Shown one piece after another: positions 30,549-37,832 of a stretch of DNA of 38,374 nt (the stretch's first letter is position 1; every line of letters starts with the position of its first letter). The notes under the pieces were generated by a model. That model saw nothing but the letters and a program-made list of their open reading frames with translations, ran no database searches and was not told where the DNA came from. The stretch comes from an uncultured archaeon (GTDB lineage Archaea > Micrarchaeota > Micrarchaeia > Micrarchaeales > CABMGC01). Made by a program: the position numbers and the translations under genes. Location of the stretch: contig CAWBCT010000014.1 of NCBI GenBank assembly GCA_963787445.1, positions 1 through 38,374 of the forward strand. Reading direction: 5' to 3'.

Positions 30549-31172
30549 ATGTTAATAATTTTTGTTAGGCATGGAGAAAGCGAACTGAATAAAAAAGGGA
30601 AACACCAGTTTTCAGATACCAAATTGTCAAAAGTTGGAATTAAACAGGCAGAATTAGTATCAAAGCGCCTTTTTGGAATAAAGGCAGATTTAATAATTTC
30701 AAGCAAATACCAGAGGGCAAAGCAAACTGCCCAGATAATAAATCGGAGACTAAAGAAGAAGGTTGTTTATACGGATTTATTTATTGAAAAGAAAGGTCCC
30801 ACAGAGATAATAGGGCATCAACACGGCGGACCTGAAGAGATCAAATACCTATTAGAACGTGAAAAACATCTGAATGATCCAAAATGGCATTACTCTGACG
30901 AAGAAAATTTTTTCGATGTGAAGAAAAGGGCGCGCAAGGCCATCAACTACTTGTTGAAAACAGGGAAAAAATCAGTGATTGTGGTCAGTCATGGAACATT
31001 CATGAGAACATTGATGGCTGTAGGAATTTTTGGGGATGAGATATCCATAAAGGATTTGAAGAAGTTTGTCAGGGCGTACCCTATAGAAAATACTGCCATC
31101 ACCGAATTTGAAATAAGTAAAGATGAAGGTTTGAAAGTGTTAACATTTAATGACTTTTTACACTTGAAGTAA
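30549..31172 (+). CDS. Histidine phosphatase family protein
   Basis: FVRHGES, SSKYQRAKQTA, VVSHG, NTAIT, NDFLHL motifs. Confidence 0.92.
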   Translation: MLIIFVRHGESELNKKGKHQFSDTKLSKVGIKQAELVSKRLFGIKADLIISSKYQRAKQTAQIINRRLKKKVVYTDLFIEKKGPTEIIGHQHGGPEEIKYLLEREKHLNDPKWHYSDEENFFDVKKRARKAINYLLKTGKKSVIVVSHGTFMRTLMAVGIFGDEISIKDLKKFVRAYPIENTAITEFEISKDEGLKVLTFNDFLHLK

Positions 31173-31233
31173 TTAGTTCTTTGTCTGTCCTGCGGAAAGG
31201 TTATATTTGTAGATATTAGTAATATTTACTCGC

Positions 31234-31304
31234 GGAGGTATTGTCTAATGGTAGGACGTCACCCTTACACGGTGAAGGCCTGGGTTCGATTCCCTGTACC
31301 TCCA
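31234..31304 (+). tRNA. tRNA-Val(TAC)
   Basis: Acceptor GGAGGTA/TACCTCC, anticodon arm TCACC-CTTACAC-GGTGA, T loop TTCGATT (one T-T mismatch in T stem). Confidence 0.88.
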
Positions 31305-31341
31305 TTCTAGCTATCTAAAGAAAAGATGAATATAAGATTTA

Positions 31342-32439
31342 GTGAGTAGAATTTTGTATATGCCTGATTACAATAATTCATTTGATACTGAACAATGGAG
31401 AGACTTTGGGACCTTTAGCAGAGAATTTGATGTATATTTTAAACAGTTGACTGATCTACTCGGGTCAGAGTTCATAAGTTACTTGCAATCTTATGCACAA
31501 ATGTCACCATTATCGGGTACAAGAAAGGTCTCAATTTCGTTTTCAGTAGATGCAAATATAGTATATGGAGAAGTACTTGCTATAATGAATAATAAACCAT
31601 CTTTTCTATCAAGCTTTATTGGAAACCCAATACTTGAATTATATGCTTCTAATATGATAGAAGAGGAAGTACTAAGAGCCATAGACAGAGATTTGCCAAC
31701 AGGATTAGATAAAAACAGAGCAAAAGGAGTGGCCTTAAACTTATTGATAAAGATTAGGAAAATAAATCTAGACAAAAATTTGGATGACATATATTATAAA
31801 CATGCATATGATTTAATAGGAAATAAAGCAAAAAGTGGACCTACTGATGCCCAGTATCTTGGAGTTGCATTTTTACTCAAAACACATGGCGTGATAAGCA
31901 AGGATAAAATATTCAATAAACAATCTGAAGTAAAAGTGTGGAAACTTGGGACTGTTGGTCGTGTGTTAAGTGAGTTAACTAGCGGATCTTTATCAATATT
32001 TATTCTTGAAAATAGTGCTAATTTTATCTTTAATATTTTGTATTACATTCTTGGGGCTATAATAAAATTTATATCGTGGCTACTAGAGGGGTTAATTACA
32101 TTTACAATTTCTTTGATATCAAGCGGAGCTGAATTTATACTAGACTTGCCAGACGAAATGAAACAAGCCATAGGAATAGGTGTTATTGCTATTGGATTTT
32201 TATACCTAATTTCTGAGGGTTTTAGAGGATTTGTTGATAGTGGAATAGAATATGTAAAAACTAAAGTTATTAGTCTGGTTGAAACAATTAAAAAAGAGCT
32301 AATAGTATTGATCACTGCAATAAAACAAATTTTTACGTGTTTATTTCCATTTGTTGAATTTACTTTAGAAGGTATAGGTTATATGTTTTATTCAGTAAAT
32401 CAACTTAATCAGAGACTCACTGAATTAGAAAATATTTAG
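31342..32439 (+). CDS. PIN-domain-like protein with hydrophobic C-terminal region
   Basis: VDANIV ... EEEV ... PTDAQYLGVA ... VISKDK acidic tetrad; long hydrophobic helices in C-terminal third. Confidence 0.7.
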   Translation: MSRILYMPDYNNSFDTEQWRDFGTFSREFDVYFKQLTDLLGSEFISYLQSYAQMSPLSGTRKVSISFSVDANIVYGEVLAIMNNKPSFLSSFIGNPILELYASNMIEEEVLRAIDRDLPTGLDKNRAKGVALNLLIKIRKINLDKNLDDIYYKHAYDLIGNKAKSGPTDAQYLGVAFLLKTHGVISKDKIFNKQSEVKVWKLGTVGRVLSELTSGSLSIFILENSANFIFNILYYILGAIIKFISWLLEGLITFTISLISSGAEFILDLPDEMKQAIGIGVIAIGFLYLISEGFRGFVDSGIEYVKTKVISLVETIKKELIVLITAIKQIFTCLFPFVEFTLEGIGYMFYSVNQLNQRLTELENI

Positions 32440-32483
32440 CAGGTTTAAATTTTATTTACTTTGGACTAGAAATATCCTATATT

Positions 32484-33317
32484 CTAAGAAAACGCTTTCT
32501 CAATCTGTGAGTAAAGCTCGTTTTTATCTGTGTAAATATACGTCTGCGTCGTCCCTATCTCACTGTGCCTTGCAAATTTGCTCGTCAGAACAACATTTCC
32601 ATTAGTCGCCCTGGCGAAGTGAGTTATTGCATAATGGCGTAGACTGTGAGTAGTAAGCCTATGTAAACGTCTCACACGCCTTCCTTGAACTGATTCCTCA
32701 CTTGTATCATAGACCTTGTCGAATCCGCATCTTGATAGGTAGTACCTAAAGCGATTCCGTGCATAATTCACGTCTATGTATAGCCTCTTGCTATGGTGAC
32801 TTTTTACAGGATCAGTATAGAATAGATAGCCTTGGGCTTTATTTATTTGTTCAGTGTTGACCCTCATGTATTCCTGTAGCCTTAGGAGCAGTCCGGAGGG
32901 TATCCTTAACGTATTCATGGTTCTGGCCTTCTCAGTCTTAATTAGAAGCTCCCTTTTCTCAAAGCTTATGTCAGTCATATTGACCTTTATCGCCTCGCCT
33001 ATCCTAAGTCCTAGCTGACCCTGGAACTCGAAAAGCAGGCGGAACTTCTCCTCTGTTATGGAGTTCAAGAATACGACAAGCTCTTCCTCCTCAAAGCCCT
33101 TGTTTATTGAGCCGTAGCGTGGATTCTTAAGTTTGCCTGCGAATCTCTTGGCAAAATGCTTTCCTATTACCTTCTGCAAGCTCTCTATCTTATGTTTTGA
33201 TAGATAGGGCAAAAGTTCGTCTACTTCTTTTTTTAAGCGTTCAAGCTCCTTCTTGCTGGCAAATTTATCAAATGGGGTCTGTTTTCCCTGTTGCAAAAGT
33301 TGTTGTGTTTGTTGCAT
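32484..33317 (-). CDS. Tyrosine recombinase/integrase
   Basis: GLRIGEA (R), KTEKA (K), HSLRH, ARHSEIGTTQTY (H, Y). Confidence 0.93.
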   Translation of the reverse strand: MQQTQQLLQQGKQTPFDKFASKKELERLKKEVDELLPYLSKHKIESLQKVIGKHFAKRFAGKLKNPRYGSINKGFEEEELVVFLNSITEEKFRLLFEFQGQLGLRIGEAIKVNMTDISFEKRELLIKTEKARTMNTLRIPSGLLLRLQEYMRVNTEQINKAQGYLFYTDPVKSHHSKRLYIDVNYARNRFRYYLSRCGFDKVYDTSEESVQGRRVRRLHRLTTHSLRHYAITHFARATNGNVVLTSKFARHSEIGTTQTYIYTDKNELYSQIEKAFS

Positions 33318-33327
33318 ACAATCACTT

Positions 33328-33422
33328 TTCTACGTAGAATATATCTACATGAAGGTATTTAAATGTTTCTACGTAGAAATTAAAGGATGAGGTTTATATG
33401 TTTATATATTTATCTACGTAGA
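33328..33422. promoter_or_regulatory. Three palindromic operator-like sites between divergent genes
   Basis: TTCTACGTAGAA at 33328-33339 and 33367-33378, TCTACGTAGA at 33413-33422. Confidence 0.75.
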
Positions 33423-33448
33423 ATTAGTTGTATTGAAAGTGACTAAGT

Positions 33449-33670
33449 ATGGTGGAAACAATAGGGACTTATGAAATAAGAGTAAGTTCAACAACCTACA
33501 AAAAGAAATTGAAGACAGAGATTAGAAAGTATGAATATGGAAGCATTAGTATAAAGAATCCTGAATTAGCAGGATACATAGGCCAAACTGTAATTGTTAA
33601 AATTCAAAAATCCATGAAAGATGATAAAAAGATTAGGGTTTATGGTAAGGCTTTAGATAAAATTACATAG
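33449..33670 (+). CDS. Small basic protein, possible AbrB/DUF2080-like DNA binder
   Basis: YGSISIKNPELAGYIGQTVIVKI beta-rich pattern; divergent from integrase. Confidence 0.5.
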   Translation: MVETIGTYEIRVSSTTYKKKLKTEIRKYEYGSISIKNPELAGYIGQTVIVKIQKSMKDDKKIRVYGKALDKIT

Positions 33671-33678
33671 TGCTATTT

Positions 33679-33981
33679 ATGGACAAAGAACATGTTAAAA
33701 TAGAGATAACAAAGCTTATTGATAAATATAACCGAGAAAAAGACAAAAAGTATAATGAAGAAGCCACAAAAAACGATTTTATATTGCCGCTATTTAGGAT
33801 ATTGGGTTGGAATGTAGAAGATTCTAATGAAGTCTCAAAAGAAGAGAATATATCGGGTAAAAGAGTCGATTATGGATTTAGGATAGATGGTATACCAAAA
33901 TTCTTTTTGGAGGCTAAAAGTCTAGATGAAGGTCATAGACCTCATACACAGCAGAGGGAACTATGCTTTTGTGCCGAGTGA
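33679..33981 (+). pseudogene. Truncated restriction endonuclease N-terminal domain (HsdR_N / type IIG-like)
   Basis: NEEATKNDFILPLFRILGW ... RVDYGF ... FLEAK; similarity stops abruptly near 33930. Confidence 0.8.
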
Positions 33982-34231
33982 GAAAGACAGCTTTGATGTT
34001 GGGGAGATACAACCAGACAAGAAGATTAAGGGTTGGTGGGATTACAAAGCGCTGCGAATTTATGAGATACAGACGGATGCGGACAAGGCGCATTTAGATA
34101 GATCCGTTGAAAAGGCAAGAAGGTTCAAGGCAGCACTTACAATAGTCACGAATAACTCAAAGGTAGAGGAGGAGATAATCAAACATGTAAATGGGAAGTT
34201 TGACTGCCTAAATATAGGAAAGGAAAACTAA
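33926..34231 (+). pseudogene. Probable C-terminal fragment of another gene, PD-(D/E)xK-like
   Basis: SFDVGEI ... IYEIQT; begins at the point where the HsdR_N similarity ends. Confidence 0.45.
34171..34231 (+). repeat. Left copy of a 61-bp imperfect direct repeat flanking the DGR
   Basis: 50/61 identical to 36574-36634; encodes EIIKHVNGKFDCLNIGKEN-stop. Confidence 0.85.
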
Positions 34232-34298
34232 GTTTCTAGCAGCTTTACGATGCCTAAGAAGTCCACACTCCCCAAAATAGCTATTTCTGGCTAGCTAT

Positions 34299-35400
34299 TT
34301 AAGGCTTGTTCGCACGCTCCTCTTTGAATAAGCAGTTGAACCTCTCAAGAACTCTGTTTCTAAGGTTATAGGTGTTGGCAAACTCGGCGTAGGCGAACCA
34401 TCCTTCAAGACTTTTTGCCGCATCTTGCAAAGCGATCTCTCCATAATCATATTTCTTCTTTAGCCTATCCATTCGTTTCCATATCCTTCTAGCGTTGCTC
34501 TTCTTAAGAAGCTTGTAATTACGAAAAACTCTGAAACCAAGCAGAGTAACTCCTTTTTCGAGTAGTATAATCCTTGATTTTTCGGGATGCAACTCTACCT
34601 TAAGGTTGGATTTCAAAAAGTTGTCGATTTTGCTTTTCCAATTTTCTATGGTTTTTCTATCTTTATGCAAGATTAAGAAATCATCCACATACCTGATGTA
34701 ATACTTCACTTTCAGCTCGTGTTTCACGAATTGGTCAAGCTCGTTAAGATAAACGTTTGCCAAAAATTGAGAAGTCAGGTTGCCGATTGGCATTCCTCTG
34801 CCCACAACATCTGTCTTGTGATTTCCGAGTATAACTTCCATAAGCCAAATGACATCTTTGTCTTTTATCCGCCGCTTTATTATGCTAATCAGAACTTCAT
34901 GATCAACTGTATCAAAATAATGTCGAATGTCTGCCTTTAACGCATATCCAGTGATGTTTGGCCTATCAAAAAGTTTACGTTGCCCCCCCCCCCACTGAAA
35001 TCTCGCGAGGCGGGCATATTTTTCTCACAAACTTCTCAAATCTTCTTATGGCTATGTGGGTTCCCTTCCTTTTCTGGTTTGCGAAGGAATCGTATATGAA
35101 ATGTCTTTCGAAGATGGGTGCTATGACATTACATAAAGCATGGTGAACTACTCTGTCTCTGAAGTGCGATGCACTTATCTTTCTAGTCTTAGGGTCTTTT
35201 ATTATAAAAGTAGTTAGAGGACTCGGCGCGTATGTAAAAGTTCTTAACTCGTCTTGTAGTTTCATTAGGTTGTTCTCTAAATCTTCCTCAAACTCGATAA
35301 CATAATCCTTAAGTGTTTTGCCCTTTCTTGCTTTTCTCCAAGCAAGTTGCAGATTCTCGTACGAATAGATTGTATTGTACAAGTTCGTATAGGTTATCAA
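34299..35400 (-). CDS. DGR reverse transcriptase, frameshifted at a G11 tract (34983-34993)
   Basis: TYTNLY..ENL..AW.KARKGK, KTRKI..FRDRVVHHA, KGTH, LKADIRHYFDTVDH, GMPIGNLTSQFLAN, YIRYVDDF, LGF; TTG start after AGGT. Confidence 0.93.
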
Positions 35401-35436
35401 GAGATTACCTTGTATATGCTTAGGTTGCAAGCAAGA

Positions 35437-35538
35437 ACCATTGGAGCAACATTGGATGGATCGTTGTTCGCGTTGAGGTTGAACCGCCTCTCGTTGTTCC
35501 GCGCGTTGTTGTCCTCGTACACGTTGAGCGACAACGGC
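35437..35538 (-). repeat. DGR template repeat (TR)
   Basis: 102 bp, 9 AAC plus 1 AAT codons in the target frame; differs from VR only at adenines. Confidence 0.96.
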
Positions 35539-35778
35539 ACAATGTTAACCCGTCTACTAAACGCCACTTTCGTGGCTGCACCGCGGCTTTACGGTTTCGG
35601 TTTCCACGTACTCTGTATCGCCGTTGAATTTCATGTCCAGCATGTCTTAAGACTACTGGCACTGTAGACGGATGTGTGGTTCCTAGGCTTGCACCCGTGA
35701 ACGTGGGTTAGTCGTCCACGGTCCGGCAGGCATATCCACTGGATTGCCAACCAAACCTAGGCAAAGAGAATTAGACAT
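35539..35778 (-). ncRNA. Putative structured 5' part of the DGR RNA
   Basis: Nested inverted repeats and a GAAA-tetraloop hairpin; no convincing ORF. Confidence 0.5.
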
Positions 35779-36426
35779 TCACTCTTTTATCCTTAGCGCA
35801 TCGACTAGCTTCCTAGTTATGGAAAAGTTTCCCGGGCCGAACAACACGCCTTCCGCTGCCTTAAGCTCCTCTGTAGAGCCACGCTTAAGCTCCATGAGTG
35901 CTTCGGCAGAAATCCCCGTAATCGTAACACTTTCAGACGTTGTTGAAGCTACTGCAATTTCCGGCGCGGCCCCTTCGGGGACCTTCCTAACCCCTACCAC
36001 CACCGGAGCAACAACGGACGGACCGTCGTCCGCGACGAGGTAGAACCGCCTCTCGTCGTTCCGCGCGCCGTCGTCCTCGTACACGTCGAGCGACAACGGC
36101 TGTGTTCCTTTATAAAGATAAACTGTCTTCTCGATCTCGCCCTTGCCCTCCTTGAGGTTGCCCTTTTCATCGAATGTATGATAGCCGCCCTCTTCCAAGC
36201 ACTTTCCGGCCAGATAGAACCACTTTCCCTTTAGTTGCTGTTTAAGCTCAGGGTTCTGGTCGACTATAACAAGCACTTCCTGTTTGGTGAACGGGCGCAG
36301 ACCGTTGTCCTCCAAGATTCGCATTGATTTGGAGTGGTCAGCCTTTACGTTTGCGATAAAGACAGGTATTGTTGATGTCTTTACCTCTTTGAAAGTTGTC
36401 TGTGTCCTTTGTAGAGTGGCAGTCAT
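35779..36426 (-). CDS. DGR target (variable) protein
   Basis: Contains the VR in frame at about residues 110-143. Confidence 0.92.
   Translation of the reverse strand: MTATLQRTQTTFKEVKTSTIPVFIANVKADHSKSMRILEDNGLRPFTKQEVLVIVDQNPELKQQLKGKWFYLAGKCLEEGGYHTFDEKGNLKEGKGEIEKTVYLYKGTQPLSLDVYEDDGARNDERRFYLVADDGPSVVAPVVVGVRKVPEGAAPEIAVASTTSESVTITGISAEALMELKRGSTEELKAAEGVLFGPGNFSITRKLVDALRIKE
35968..35983 (-). promoter_or_regulatory. Candidate cis-acting DGR hairpin downstream of VR
   Basis: GG-T-CCCC-GAA-GGGG-CC, 15 nt 3' of VR; short stem. Confidence 0.45.
35999..36100 (-). repeat. DGR variable repeat (VR)
   Basis: 86/102 identical to TR, ungapped; all 16 mismatches at TR adenines. Confidence 0.96.
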
Positions 36427-36573
36427 TTTATCACTGTGATTTATTATGATTTTTCACCTATAAATAGCTTACTAGAAGAGTTGTCGTCGTAAGACACTCT
36501 GTCCTTTAAGCTCATCTCTATCGCCTTCGCTTCACTCAGACCCATGGGGACACGCACTACAGGCTTTAAAGGC

Positions 36574-36634
36574 GGAGATAATCAAGTATGCAAATGGAAA
36601 GTTTGATTGTATAAACATAACTAAGGAAAACTAA
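36574..36634 (+). repeat. Right copy of the 61-bp imperfect direct repeat flanking the DGR
   Basis: Encodes EIIKYANGKFDCINITKEN-stop with no upstream ORF. Confidence 0.85.
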
Positions 36635-36680
36635 AATGCTTCTTAATCATAATCTATTCTGAAAAACAGACGTTTTTATT

Positions 36681-37832
36681 TCAAGTTGTGCTTATACCCA
36701 TCTCTTTTAATGCATTTTCATACTCTGCTGCTTTTGTTTTCAATAGGGTAGAATATTCTAAGGCTTTGGGTGCATCAAAGCTCTCTTGAAATATCTTTGT
36801 TATGTCACCAACAGAACGAACAGTGTAATCTATAAAACTGTTAATTTTTAGTTCATGTTTCAACTTGGCTTCTAGCTTATTGAGCTTTCTTAGATCATCC
36901 TTTGGTATCTCTGCAAAGAACAGTTGGAAAGACGACTCAAATATGAATTTCTTTACTTCTATCTTCTTCCCCTCTTCTATTTCCAATTTCCCTGGCTTTA
37001 AGTCAGTACCCACTAGCTTACTGAACTCAGCAGGCAGTATATTTTTGTTGATTATGCCGATGTTTCCACTACCTAACTTGGTCTTAAAGATAAGCAAATC
37101 CATGCTTAGAAACTTAGAGAAATCAGTATCTTTGTGCCTTTCATAAAGTATGCTCCCTTTGGCTTTTAACTTCTCTAATTGTGCTTTCCAGTCTGCTTCT
37201 AGCTGAACTTTAAGCTCAGTAAGCAGCCACCGTTTTAATGTGTTTGGATTCTGCAGTTTTTTAGTCAGTCTATTTGCAGTTGTTATAAAGAATGTGCTGC
37301 GTGTTCCCATCCTAACGAAGCCAGCTTCCTGTAAGAATACAGGATAAGACCTCTTGATTACATCTTTTCCAGAAGCAATTGGTGGAGGATTTGCATAGCA
37401 GTATAAAAGGTAGGCATCCATTCCTTCAAGATGTTTGACTACATCTGATTCGCTGATTAGACCACGTTCTATAAGACGTGCGACTAGATTCATCCTAATT
37501 TTTTGGCTCTCGCCCATCATGCTATTCATATTTTTTACAAGCTGTAACTGTTCGTCACTTGTTTTCTTCTGCTCCTGATTTTGTTTGCTTAAATCCCCAA
37601 CTTTTTGATTTAGCTCACCAATACTTGTTGCAGCACTTGTTACAGCTGAGCTAAATTGTTGATCTGATGCCTGTTTATCAAGGAATTGGAGGATGCCAGC
37701 TATGACTATAATCAGACCTATAATCCACAACGGAACTACTGTGGCGATAAAGGTAAGAAATGTTAATACACAACCCAATACGATTAGGAGTATGCTTACC
37801 GCGTGCTTACTGATGAAGTCTTTCGCACCCAT
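36681..37832 (-). CDS. Membrane-anchored coiled-coil protein of unknown function
   Basis: Two N-terminal TM helices, Q/E/K heptad region, ~250-aa globular C-terminus. Confidence 0.8.
   Translation of the reverse strand: MGAKDFISKHAVSILLIVLGCVLTFLTFIATVVPLWIIGLIIVIAGILQFLDKQASDQQFSSAVTSAATSIGELNQKVGDLSKQNQEQKKTSDEQLQLVKNMNSMMGESQKIRMNLVARLIERGLISESDVVKHLEGMDAYLLYCYANPPPIASGKDVIKRSYPVFLQEAGFVRMGTRSTFFITTANRLTKKLQNPNTLKRWLLTELKVQLEADWKAQLEKLKAKGSILYERHKDTDFSKFLSMDLLIFKTKLGSGNIGIINKNILPAEFSKLVGTDLKPGKLEIEEGKKIEVKKFIFESSFQLFFAEIPKDDLRKLNKLEAKLKHELKINSFIDYTVRSVGDITKIFQESFDAPKALEYSTLLKTKAAEYENALKEMGISTT

Noticed and set aside
22609-30706. Long antisense ORFs over the ATPase operon (also over argS and the glycosyltransferase)
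   Set aside because: Shadow ORFs from GC3-rich codon usage opposite well-supported genes
30549-31172. Histidine phosphatase as part of the integrated element because it is AT-rich
   Set aside because: It lies on the chromosomal side of tRNA-Val and no att repeat bounds it
35347-35667. ORFs 35420-35662 (-) and 35347-35667 (+) as avd or accessory genes
   Set aside because: They run through TR and the hairpin region, have R/T-biased non-protein-like composition and no Avd-like helical pattern
34299-35778. Group II intron or retron interpretation of RT plus structured RNA
   Set aside because: RT has the DGR-type IGNLTSQ rather than PQG motif, no endonuclease extension, and an adenine-specific TR/VR pair is adjacent
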